Source: Octopus sinensis
Taxonomy: Eukaryota
Reading direction: 5' to 3'
DNA: 64,000 nt
Assembly: GCF_006345805.1 (NCBI RefSeq)
Contig: NC_043002.1
Span: 113,894,001 to 113,958,000 of the forward strand
The position numbers were made by a program, and so were the translations under genes. Of this stretch, positions 51,318-63,430 are shown one piece after another; the stretch's first letter is position 1, and each line of letters opens with the position of its first letter. The notes under the pieces were generated by a model, which did not search any database, was not told the DNA's origin, and saw only the letters and a list, made by a program, of their open reading frames with translations.

Positions 51318-51790
51318 CATCATCATCATCATTTAGCATCCGCTTTCCATGCTATCATGGGTCGGACAGTTCAACTGGGGTCTGTGAAGCCAGAAGGCTG
51401 CGTCAGGCCCAGTCTGATCTGGCAGTGTTTCTATGGCTGGATGCCCTTCCCAACGCCAACCACTCCGTGAGTGTAGTGGGTGCTTTTTATGTGCCACCCG
51501 CACAGGTGCCAGACGGAGCTGGCAAGCGGCCACGGACGGATGGTGCTTTTTACGTGCCACCGGCACGGGGGCCAGGCGAGGCTGGCAACGGCCATGAACG
51601 GATGGTGCTTTTTACGTGCCACCCGCACAGGTGCCAGACGGAGCTGGAAAACGGCCACGGACGGATGGTGCTTTTTACGTGCCACCGGCACGGGGGCCAG
51701 GCGAGGCTGGCAACGGCCATGAACGGATGGTGCTTTTTACGTGCCACCGGCACGAGGCCAGTCAGGGCGGCGCTGGCAACGGCCTAATGC
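51318..51790 (-). mobile_element. RTE LINE 3'UTR with internal 63/62-bp tandem units (ABAB+C)
   Basis: ggtgcttttta(c/t)gtgccacc starts at 51479, 51542, 51604, 51667 and 51729. Confidence 0.9.
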
Positions 51791-53183
51791 AGACAAAAAA
51801 AGGATGCTAAGGCAAAGAATAATTATGAGACGATCCTGAACCATTTGGTCTCAGGTTCAGCATGGCACTTTGGTCAAGTGTCTTCTACTATAGCCACAGG
51901 CTAACCAATGTAAATTTAAGTGAATTTAGTGGACAGAAACTAAAAGAAGTTCAGTGGGTGTGTGTGTGTACCCTTGTGCAGACATCACTTGATGGTTATA
52001 AACAAGTAACACTGCCATACAAGCAATGTTGCCTGTTTTGTCATCCAACCCATGCAAGCATAGAAAAGTGGACGTTAAAATGATGATGTCGGTGGTAGTG
52101 GTACTGGTGGTGGTATTAAGCTAGTGTAAGCTTGGCAAAAAGGAAAACAAAATCAATAAAACATCCAAAATAATATAGATACATATAACTAATAACTATA
52201 AAGAAGTGAATTTTACATTATAAAAAGACTAATTTATAGCTAAAATAATTTGAGATGTATTATCGTGCTTTTTAAATATCCACAATCATTTAATTGTATA
52301 TTTACAAATATTATATTAGATAGGGAATGAAAACCAATGGAATAGATAGAAATCAAATTGATTCAACTGCACAATTAACTGCCAATTTAATGTGTATTCA
52401 AGCCAAAGATTGGTCTTTAATAAATCAAGTTATTTTCACTAATTTTACAAATTAAATTATGACAAAATGAAATTTATCAAGAGACAATAATGATATTATA
52501 GTTTTTCTCTTCTTGACCGCAGGTCCTTTAGAGAAGAGAAAAAGCATGGTAAATTGGTGAGATCAAGTATATTCTGAGTATAATTTTATCAATACTGTCA
52601 GGATGAAAAACTCAATTGATCTTGTAGTCAAAACAGTACTATTTACTGGTCTTTCCCAAATATTTGGATTAATGCATATCAGGTTAATGATCTTACAGAA
52701 AATGAAATATTACACCTGCCACTTTCTCTAATGCTCCATTTTTTTATGACATTCAGATAGTATGTCGTCGTCATCATCATCATATGACCATTCATTCTTT
52801 CATGCTTGCATTGGTCACACAGAGTTTATTGAGGCAGGTTTTCTACAGCTGGATGCCTTTCCTGTCACCAACCCTTGTTTCCAAGCAAGCTAATATTTCC
52901 CCATTGCCAGACGTTTTCTCAGAATATTGAAATTGAATGACAGTGCTTGTATGACAGTGACATCCATTTACAACTATTATGCAATGGTATAATCAATAAT
53001 TTCACCATGTGACCTGAAATGGCCAATGAGGATGAGCTTTATCATCCACCCACAATCAGCTTTACTCAAAAGCTATCACAAACTCATTACTTAGTACTGA
53101 AGTATCCAAATGATCAAAAATGCTTTTTGTCTCTCTGTGTCTTTCAGCAATGCAAATTCGAGCTAAATTGTTGATACATAGAG

Positions 53184-53273
53184 AATACCAAACTCATTCC
53201 CTATGGATACTGTATTTATTACAAGCCACGAGTTGTAATAAATACGGTATCCATAGGGAATGAGTTTGGTATT
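53184..53273. repeat. Near-perfect 41-bp palindromic hairpin with an 8-nt loop
   Basis: Arms 53184-53224 and 53233-53273 differ at a single position. Confidence 0.95.
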
Positions 53274-53276
53274 TTA

Positions 53277-53542
53277 TTTATTACACACGAATAAACGACC
53301 ATATTTTATTAACCCAATAACTAAATTCTTCACGTTTAGTTGTAACTTATGAATGACAAAAGTAGTGCCGTCACCGTGACCTCGAGTCATCACCATGAAT
53401 TGACCAATCAGAAGCAGCGCTGTCACCGTGACCTCGGGTCATCGCCATGGATTGACCAATCAGAAGCAGCGCTCGCAGTATCTGACATATGTTAGATACC
53501 AAAAATATCTCAAAGTGTTCTCACTCACATGTGTGTAATAAA
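53277..53542. mobile_element. Unclassified non-autonomous TIR element with an internal 52-bp tandem duplication
   Basis: 12-bp TIRs TTTATTACACAC / GTGTGTAATAAA. Units 53370-53421 and 53422-53473 each contain ttgaccaatcagaagc. Confidence 0.6.
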
Positions 53543-53736
53543 AATATTTAATCTCCATGAAATGAGCTCTTTTATTTGCACACCTATCTGTATACGTGCG
53601 TGCACAAGTGTGTGAGTGTGTATAATTCATGTATGCATATACTTTTTGCCAATATATGTCAACCAAAACCTGGTTCTCTTTGAATGAAGGCCTAAGAAGC
53701 AGATGCTCCCTTGTCAATCTTGCCAGCTGATATATA

Positions 53737-53963
53737 TATTTCTTTACTACCCACAAGGGGCTAAACACAGAGGGGACAAACAAGGACAGACAAAGGGATT
53801 AAGTCGATTACATCGACCCCAGTGCTTAACTGGTACTTAATTTAATCGACCCCGAAAGGATGAAAGGCAAAGTCGACCTTGGTGGAATTTGAACCCAGAA
53901 CGTAACGGCAGACGAAATACGGCTACGCATTTCGCCCGGTGTGCTAACGTTTCTGCCAGCTCG
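53737..53963 (-). mobile_element. Near full-length SINE family B
   Basis: Match to 13198-13429. Confidence 0.92.
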
Positions 53964-55734
53964 TGAACCAGTGATCAGCCTATTGAAAACCTACAACCAA
54001 TAATGCCAGCATTGACAAATTGAAGCTAAAAACTAAACCCACTCCCAAACACTAATTACATTACCTACCTAACAAGCTACCAACTAAGTTTAGACTGTTA
54101 CCTTGGCGGCAGTTCATGAGTGCCTCTATGATTATTCCTGTACAATGCTTACACTAAGCACACAGTACCATCATACTATCTATTCCTCTCTTACGTAAGA
54201 TAAAGTTCTTACATATGTCTGACGAATAATAATAAAAAAGGTGACTGAGGTTATGAGGTCAACAATCACACAATGCATAAATGCACGTAAAGACAAAAGC
54301 TTTTCAGATGGTGCCCCAGCATTGCCACAGTCTATTGACTGAAACAAGTAAATAAGAAAAAAAAATATATATATATATATATTCAAGCCAACACCATTGG
54401 TCAAGAGGACAAACACAAACACACACACACACACACAGCTTCTTTCAGTTTCCATCTATCAAATGCACTCACAAGGCTATGGTTGGCCCAGGGCTATAAT
54501 AGAGGATACTTGCTCATGATGCCATGCAGTGGGACAGAACCTGAAACCATGTGGTTGAGAAGCAAGCTTCCCACATAATTCTAAGAAATATTTACACTGC
54601 AGTAAACAATTTAAAAATTAATAAACACATAGAAGAAATTTTAAAAATTAATTGCTGAATGACTAAAATAAACGTTTAAATTTAACAGACTACATTTGTA
54701 GATTTCAAAAGTAAAAATATATTTCTACCTCTCCTTAGTTGAGAAATATTGATTGAAACAATTTTTGTTGGGAAAAACCACAATTTATTTTTCCAGTGAA
54801 AATAGTTTTTCCCCCCTTTAAATATTTCTTTTTAAAAATTTATCTTGTTGATATTACAGAAATAAATTGAATTAAATGTTATATAATATGGCAAATAATG
54901 TTATAATGTATATAACATGACAAATAATACAAGTCTGTAATAAAAGTTATATTTGTGTTGATGGAAATAATGAGGGTTTGCATAGCCACAAGGATATAAA
55001 AAAGCATCATATTAGAATACATTTTAAGTACAGAATAGTATAAAACTGACAAATGTATTGCTCTTACTGTAATGAAAGAGAAATTTACAGAGATGCTGAC
55101 GCTGCTCAATGGTTAAGAAGTCCACTTTATAACCATGCTATTTTGGGTTACTGCAAGTACCTTGAGTGTCTTTTATTATAGCCCTAGGCCAATCAATGAT
55201 TTGTGAGTGAATAAGACAGGAACTGTAAAAAGACCATTGTGTGTTGTGTGCATTTTTGATTCTGTCTCTAACACCACCACTCAACAAGTGTTTCAGTCCT
55301 CTGTGACTTAGCAGTTGGACAAACTAATCAGGCACCAGACTTAGAAAATAAGTAGCAGGATCAATTTGATCAACGAAACCCTTCAAAACGGTGCCCCAAC
55401 AGAGCTGCAGTTCAATGACTGAAAACAATAAAAGACTACGTGTGTGTGTGTGTGTGTATAGGTACTGTAAGTTTAGAGTGAATACCTGATAAGTGTAAGC
55501 ACCTGTATATGCCAGATAGTGGCAGGGGTGAGAGAATATATCAAACATAAATTGAAAACAGAACACAAAGGATGTGTTCTGTTTTAAATGTGTGTGTGTG
55601 TGTGTATTTAGTAGAAGTAAGAGAGTGACTCAAGATCCAAGAGTTTTATGCACTGGCACTTGTCCACACACAAAACTCTCGGACCTTGGGTCAATCTGTT
55701 CTGCTAAATAATAAAAAAAAATATACATATATAT

Positions 55735-56126
55735 GTGTAGGAGTGGCTGTGTGGTAAGTAGCTTGCTAACCAACCACATGGTTCTGGGTTCAGTCCCACT
55801 GCGTGGCATCTTGGGCAAGTGTCTTCTGCTATAGCCCCGGGCCGACCAATGCCTTGTGAGTGGATTTGGTAGACGGAAACTGAAAGAGGCCTGTCGTATA
55901 TATGTATATATATATATATGTGTGTCTGTGTTTGTCCCCCTAGCATTGCTTGACAACCGATGCTGGTGTGTTTATGTCCCCGTTACTTAGCGGTTCGGCA
56001 AAAGAGACCGATAGAATAAGTACTGGGCTTACAAAGAATAAGTCCTGGGGTCGATTTGCTCGACTAAGGGCGGTGCTCCAGCATGGCCGCAGTCAAATGA
56101 CTGAAACAAGTAAAAGAGAAAAGAGA
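55735..56126 (+). mobile_element. Full-length SINE family A
   Basis: Full-length match. Confidence 0.92.
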
Positions 56127-56198
56127 ATAAAAGAGAATATACTCATATTTTGAGTTCTATTTTTTCCTGTTTACATCAATACACCAATGTGTGTGAGA

Positions 56199-56212
<14 letters not shown>

Positions 56213-56275
<63 letters not shown>
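56213..56275. repeat. (GA)n microsatellite
   Basis: Seen directly. Confidence 0.97.
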
Positions 56276-56277
<2 letters not shown>

Positions 56278-57124
56278 TTCCTTCAGTGTACCAAATCCAC
56301 ATACAAGAGTTTGACCAGCTCAAAGCAATACTAGAAGACACTTGCTCAAGGTGTCATGCAGTGGGACTGAATCCAGAGTCAAGTACATCTCTTTATGTTT
56401 GTACCTACATCACTTCATAACTGATGTTGGTTTGTTCATATTCTTATAACTTAGCAGTTCAACAAAAGGGATTGATAAGTACCAGACATAAAAAAAAAAC
56501 TACATGCTTCAGTCAATTTGTTTCATTAAACTCTCCAAAGCAGTAACCCAACATGGCTGCAAGGATTAAAGAAATCTATTCTTTTCAGACCTGTGCTACT
56601 GGGAGGGGAGATAACAATGGTTCTTCCTGTTTTTATTATTGTTGTTGTAGCCAAGTATTTTGGCTTTTGTATAGGTTTAAAAGCTTGTGTTGTGCAATAC
56701 CATAGCTTCAGTCCTCTGCTGACAAAAATACCAAGAATTTATCTAACAATGACTCTCTTTTCTTTTTCTTTCTTTTTTGGTATATAGTCACTGTTAGTTT
56801 TTTTTTTTTTTGTACCTTGGGTGGGTCAATAATAAACACAGACAGTGGTTCTACTTCATTTCTTATATGACTATAAGTCAACTAGTTAAACATTAAACCA
56901 ATTAACTAATTGATTGTTTGATCAAATTCAGTAAGGTTCATCTGAGTTTATTCATTGTCATTCACAACCTCATCAATGACATACTTTCACTACTCCAGGT
57001 CACAAATGATAATGAAAGGACTCCATCAATGCTTGCTGAATGATTGATTGACTGACTGAAAAATTAATCAAATAAGTTGCTTGGTTTCATGGTTAACTAG
57101 TTATGTAATCACATAACTGACCAA

Positions 57125-57370
57125 GCTATCAGACTTTGTCACACATCATTGGTCACAATGTGCTTTTGCATTGTTTTAGCCTGCAAATGATGCCACCCCA
57201 CTGGCTAGGTGTGCAAGCCAACATACCCCTCTGATTGAAAGAGGGACAGGAGCAAAGTGAAATGAAGTGTTCTGCTCCAGAACACAATGTGTCACCCAGT
57301 CGGGGAATCAAACCCACAATTTAGCCATTGTGAGTGCAACAGCCTTACCACTAGGCTACATGCCTTCACG
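57125..57370 (-). mobile_element. Degenerate tRNA-derived SINE (family E)
   Basis: Minus-strand head atgtagcctagtggtaagg, B-box-like gggtttgattccc, CORE-like gttctggagcagaacacttcatttcac. Confidence 0.65.
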
Positions 57371-58359
57371 GTTAGCTAGTAGACAAATAATAATATAAAA
57401 AAGAGCAATAGACCCAATCCATGTGTTCATTCTTGGCATAACAGCCCTCTCAAAATACAGCAAAATCTGTTACAACACTTGGTTACACAAAAAAATCTTG
57501 CAAGCAAAATACAAAAACAAAATATTCAGTATTAGTTGAAACCATAACTCTAATAATTTTCGTTAGGCAATAGAGGAGAATTAGAAGAAGATCTGATGTA
57601 GGTCAAGCACCATGTAGATGCTGTCACAATATCAGTATAAGTGTGAATGTAAATGGTTGTATGATTAAAATATTTACTTTGCAATTATGAAGCTGTAGGT
57701 TCAATCCTGCTACACGACATCTCAGCCAAATAACCATAGCCATAACCTCAGACTGACCAAGAAGCTCAGTGGATGGACACTACTTATAATTCAAAGAGCT
57801 AGCATGTCACACAATAGGACACACTGGATCTGCACGTTAACTATACTAAGGGTACAAATATCTATGGAATACACAACCACTTACATAAATATCATTCAAT
57901 GAATAGTTCAACTGATCAAACAACTTGAATACTCATTATTCAATTTAGTAACATCTCCATTTACCTTGTTCACTTATCTTTCTATTCAGACACACACAAT
58001 TCTTTTACTAGTTTCTTCAGCTACATACAAACAAAACAGTCACTTAGAAGTTTTAGCTTACTCATTACCATCATAATTTTTCCCCATAAAAATTCTATAA
58101 ATATTTATACTAAGAAGCACTGAGTAATACTTTAATTTTATGCTAAATTGTTTTTATATATAACTCGATACAAAAGCAAACATTAATGTGTGTGTGTGTG
58201 TGTGTGTGATCACATACTATGTCCCCTCATACTTTCTCAATTACATTTCTTCTTCATCCCAAACTACTTCCATTACTCATTATCTTCTGCAATGGTGCAA
58301 TACCTTGGAAAGTGTGAGTTAAATAACATGTACTTCTCTAACTTTCTACCTAAATTGAA

Positions 58360-58912
58360 GCGCTGCCAGTGACATGTAAAAGCACCCATGCCAGTGGCAC
58401 ATGAAAGCGCCCAATGCTGATGACATATAAAAGGCACCCACGACACTCTTGGAGTGGCTGGTGTAGGAAGGACATCTAACCATAGAAGCCAAGCCAAAAT
58501 CAGACTGGAACCTGATGCAGCTCTCTGGTTTACCAGTTTCAGTCAAACTGTCTAACACATGCCAGCATGTAAAGTGGATGTTAAATGATGATATATATGT
58601 GTGTGTGTGTGTATACACACACACCACATATACAATAAAAATGCATACCTATATATATATATACATATATACACATAAATACATGCACACAAATATATTT
58701 ATATATATACACACACACACGAATATAAACCTACAGATATATGAATGAATATATATATACACACATAAATACGTTTAGGAAGGGCATCCAGCCGTAGAAA
58801 CACTGCCAGATCAGACTGGGCCGGGTGCAGCCTTCTGGCTTCCCAGACCCCAGTTGAACCATCCAACCCATGCTAGCATGGAAAACGGACGCTAAATGAT
58901 GATGATGATGAT
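58360..58912 (+). mobile_element. Two RTE LINE 3' ends (58360-58592 and 58775-58912)
   Basis: Both end in (g/t)taaatgatgat tails and match the RTE 3'UTR family. Confidence 0.85.
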
Positions 58913-59593
58913 AAATACAAGCACATATACATACATACATACACACACATTTAATATTTACATACACAGTCTAAAAGTACATGTACTATGCATACATACA
59001 TGAAATAAAAATCAAAGAAACTATTACAGACCATTTTTTGTATCATCATTCTGAAAAGGCAGGTGCTGAATAACATCAAATAAAACACTTGAAGAAAATT
59101 CCATTATTTAAAATCTTTCACCAGGAAAAACTAATTAAGCAAATGTAAATATTCTCCTGCTACTTGAACCTCCTTTTTTTTTTTTGTATTTGTATTTGTT
59201 TTGATTTCTGTATTACAGCAATTTCACAGACAACTATCAAAGGGCAGAATAAAATACCATTTAAAATTTTAAAAAGAATATAATGACTATAAAAAATATA
59301 ACATTACTCCGTTTCTGGAACTAAGGCCTAATTGCATTTTTCTTTTTAATTTTTTTTCTTTACTTTCAACGATAAATTAGGCTACGCTAGTGTTTATCAG
59401 AAGACTTATATAATTATAGTCTGTTTTCCCTAAATATATACACACATATATATATATATATTATATATGTATATATATTGTTGTTTCACCATGCAATCTG
59501 AAGTGACTTATCCAGTTTGAAGCCAACACGTTATTTTATCTCCTAATTAGCAACAGTATCAGAGAAAAGTTAATCCTTATACACTGACAGGTA

Positions 59594-59633
59594 CTAAACT
59601 GGCGTGATGTTATAAAAGGATAATGTTTTTCCT
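59594..59633 (-). CDS. Candidate terminal coding exon (phase 2): xGKTLSFYNITPV*
   Basis: Branch-like ctgat and acceptor ttttttttttgtctttttaag. Ends in T-P-V, a class I PDZ consensus. The phase is assumed. Confidence 0.3.
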
Positions 59634-59940
59634 CTTAAAAAGACAAAAAAAAAAATCAGAGAGAGACTGTGAATAAAGGAACCACAAATTACTTGCATAC
59701 TATTAACTTCTAAAACCAGCTTATTGGCCTTCGGGTCAAATGTAAATATCATACAGTAATCCATGTATAATTTTATCATGTTTTAATATTGATTTCTCTT
59801 GACTAAACTATGTGATTTCATCATAGAAAATGAGTATATTACTGGCATTTAGCAGATTCATGCCGCCAAGACCAATGTATTTCCCCAGTCAAGAATCATG
59901 TCCAGCATTCTATTTTCTCCAACATTTTCTCCTTATTTAA

Positions 59941-60158
59941 GCTTTTAGCATTAAGATTCTGTCAAAATGTAATGCTTATTTATTCACACTGTTTTGAATT
60001 AATCAAGCATTATCTTGTAACCTCAAGATTTCAATGATGCAATTGTTTATTTTTAGAATGAGATTGTAGGGTTGATGTAAAGGTTGGATCTGATCAGTTT
60101 GAACATAAAATAGGTAGAATATTTGGGCCAGATATGGCTTATTTAACTGTTAAAGAGT
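59941..60158 (+). mobile_element. Degenerate piggyBac-type MITE family 2
   Basis: Collinear with 61019-61237; termini decayed. Confidence 0.75.
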
Positions 60159-60818
60159 CAAGCAACATTATGGCAATCAATCTTATTATTGAGGTGTCTG
60201 GCAGACATAATAGAGAGGAAGATCAAATGAACCTTGCAGTGTTTAGCTATATGCCTCTGCTATCTAAACTCAAATCCCAGGAAGATCAACTTTGATTTTC
60301 ATCCTTATAGGATCTATAAAATAAACTATTAAGAAATTGAATTGATAAAATTGACTGCTCCTCACCCATTGCCAATATCTGGCCTTATGTTAAAAATTAT
60401 TATTATAAAGGACTCTAGATGGCAAAATTGGTGGATTGGCAGATAAAATGTCTTGCAGTTTTCAGATACTTCTCTTTATATTCTGAGTTCAAATCATACT
60501 GGGGTCAGTTTTGCTTTACATTAAATTGGTGTCATTAAAATAAGTAAACACCAGCCAAGTGCTAAGGTTGGTCTAATAAAGTATACAGTCCCTAGCCACA
60601 AATTTGAAGTACTGTGTCTATATTAGAACTCCTTATTAACGGATTGGTAGAAGCAATTCAGTGATGGGCAAAATATGCTGTTATGTGTAACTATGTCCCT
60701 TTATATCCAATTTTACATCTTTCCTAGGTGTCACTCAAGTCAACTGTGTTTTAGGAAAAAGAAGTGAGGCTGTTAATGGTTTATGAGAACCATTAGCAAC
60801 ACAAGCAATTAGTTTTAA

Positions 60819-61252
60819 CCCTTTAGCATTCAGATTATTATGCTAAATGTATTGTTTATTTATTCATATTGTTTGGTATTAACCATGCATTATCTCACAA
60901 CTTTGAGATTTCGATGATGTAATAGTTTTATTCTTAGAATGACATTGTAGGGTGTGCTGAAAAGCTGGATCTGGTCGGCTTGAACATAAAACAGGTAGAA
61001 TATTTTTGGTTGGTTTAACCCTTTAGTGTTCAGATTATTCTATCAAACATGATGCTTATTGATTTCCATTGATTTGAATTATTCATGCATTATCTCATAT
61101 CTTCAAGATCTTGATGGTGTAATTACTTAATGTAGAATAACATTGTAGGGTAGGTGTGAGAGCCTGGATCTAGTCAGTTTGAACATAAAGCAGATTAAAT
61201 ATTTTGGCCGGATATGGCCGGTTTAAATACTAAAGGGTTAAATGCTAAAGGG
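60819..61252 (+). mobile_element. Nested piggyBac-type MITE family 2 (copy 61019-61237 inside copy 60819-61252)
   Basis: TTAA at 60815, 61015, 61238 and 61253. TIRs CCCTTTAG / CTAAAGGG. Confidence 0.9.
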
Positions 61253-61707
61253 TTAAAATAATTATGACTAAGTCTCAGATACAATTTTCCTTGGCTGCTA
61301 CACATCTTGTCAATATTTGTATACTATTCTTCATAATTCTCTAGCTCAACAATCCCAGTTCCCTAATCAAAGAGAGCCTAAAAAGCCTATTGTAATGATC
61401 ATACTTTTTACTCAACAAAATGTTTCATGATAGCACAGCCTGGCCATATATTCAACATTAATGTTGAATATTTATAACACAATGCCTTATTCTTCCAACA
61501 TGTTTTTACTATTTTAATGATGGAGAGTGAATGAAGAGATGTTTGCGAAAAAGCTGGCTGTTATAATGAACAAGATTCATTGTTGTTAGCATCTACTACA
61601 GATACAATATACATTTATTGTATCTCTATCATTAATGGCAAAAAGGCAGAATATGCAACATAGTTTCCAGAAGACAAAAGTCTGCCTTTGAACATTCAAT
61701 CACTTAC

Positions 61708-61726
61708 CCTTCTGCTATATAGCTAA
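61708..61726 (-). CDS. Candidate 19-nt microexon (phase 1 to 2): xSYIAEG
   Basis: tctttgttgctttcactgaataactctag|TTAGCTATATAGCAGAAGG|gtaagt. The donor is strong; the acceptor choice is uncertain. Confidence 0.2.
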
Positions 61727-62482
61727 CTAGAGTTATTCAGTGAAAGCAACAAAGAATATCTAAGGCTAGCTTTAAAATTAGCTGCTGGACAACTTCGTTT
61801 ATAGTTGTAAAACAAAAATGAAATGAAAAAAATATCTTTTATTTCATCTGCCTTATACACCCTTTTTTTGTTTTGTTCTGACATTTTAATGATACTCTAG
61901 AAAGAATTAACAGCATATCTATGGCAACATTCTTTCTAAAACAGTACCAAGAACAATATACTATTTGTTAGCAGGCCATCTAACAGTATACCATTTGTTA
62001 GCAGGCTACCTAAAAACAAGCTGATCATATGTAGAATATTTTTTGATAATTAACAGATGAGCTGAAGGCAAAGTTTCGAACAGTGTACATTTTTCAGTCT
62101 TATTCACAAAATTATAGAAATTATGTTTATAAACAAATAAAGTAACTTTAATTATCTCCTACATTCAGAGGTCGCTACATTAAAGTTAAAAAATAACGTG
62201 TATGCATACAAGCATGTGTATATAGATGTGCTCATACATACAATGATAAATAGTTTGGAAAATGTTATTCCTTCACAAACTTCAAGAATCCATATATAAC
62301 AAGTTCTTAACACTGAGACAAGATTTACCACTGAAAAGTATACTAATCTATTACAGGCAACTTTTTTTTAGGAGCTTTATTATTCATTCCTAATACTGAA
62401 AAAAATTCAAAACCATCAAACAAATAAAAAAAAAAAGGCCTTAGAAACACAAGAAAACTAATCAGAAGTCCAATATTTTACC

Positions 62483-62501
62483 TAAACTGCTGTTTATCCT
62501 C
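62483..62501 (-). CDS. Candidate 19-nt microexon (phase 1 to 2): xDKQQF(R)
   Basis: gctgctattttattttacag|AGGATAAACAGCAGTTTAG|gtaaaa, with a UGC motif shortly upstream of the acceptor. Confidence 0.25.
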
Positions 62502-63024
62502 TGTAAAATAAAATAGCAGCAGTCGATATATACAAAATTGTTACAAGCCAAATTGAGAGGTTTCTTAGTGACTTGTTAGAAATAGCAGCAAAATCTCTCC
62601 CAAATCACATCTACCATCTTAAACAAAGTAGGATACAATGGATAATGTAGTCCTGGATACACTATGTCTTAGAAGAGAAAAGTGGAATGATGAAAGCTGG
62701 AACACCTTTGATTACAGGTGTGCTTGATGAGGGCAGACCTGGACCTATTATAACAACAAAGTTGATAATTTCATTACTGAACAACATTCAACAGCCAACT
62801 GAATCCTCCAAGAGTTATGGCAATTGAATTCTCTAAGACCTACTTCAATAGAAATATACATAAACATATACAAAAAGAAAAATTCTGAGCAAGGTTGCTG
62901 ACCATTTTCAATGAAACTTTAAGGAATCAGGTTCATCCCGTCTGTCTGTCTGTCTCTGCTGTGACTACCATCAAAGACTTCAATCAGACATGAAAAGACT
63001 ACATAGTAAAAGTAATCTATAGGT

Positions 63025-63430
63025 GTAGGTGTGGTTGTGTGGCATGGGTGCAGGTGTGACTGTGTGGTAAGAAGCCTGCTTCCCAACCACAAGGTTCCAA
63101 GTTCAGTCCCACTGCATGGCATTTACAGCAGATGTTTTCCACTATAGCCTTGGGCTGACCAAAGCCTTGTGAGTGGATTTGGTGGATGGAAACTGAAAGA
63201 AGCCTGTCGTGTGTGTACGTTTGTCCCCACCACCACCACCACCACCACCACTTGACAACCAGTGTTGGTATGTTTATTTCCCACAACCTGACAATTCAGC
63301 AGAGGAGGGGGAGGGGTGATGGAATAAGTTCCTGTTTAAAAAGAAAGTACTTGGGTTGATTTGTTCAACTAGAAGTTCCTCAAGGTGATGCTCCAGCATG
63401 GCCACAATCTAATAACTGCAACAAGACAAA
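63025..63430 (+). mobile_element. Degenerate SINE family A
   Basis: Head gtgactgtgtggtaagaagc...ttcagtcccactgcatggc and a decayed 3' body. Confidence 0.85.

Noticed and set aside
51479-51790. CRISPR-like constant repeat with variable spacers
   Set aside because: The spacers alternate ABAB, and the array is the internal repeat of an RTE 3'UTR seen elsewhere in the window.
52523-52548. Plus-strand 26-nt exon candidate (GPLEKRKSM)
   Set aside because: It lies in what appears to be a decayed SINE family B remnant.
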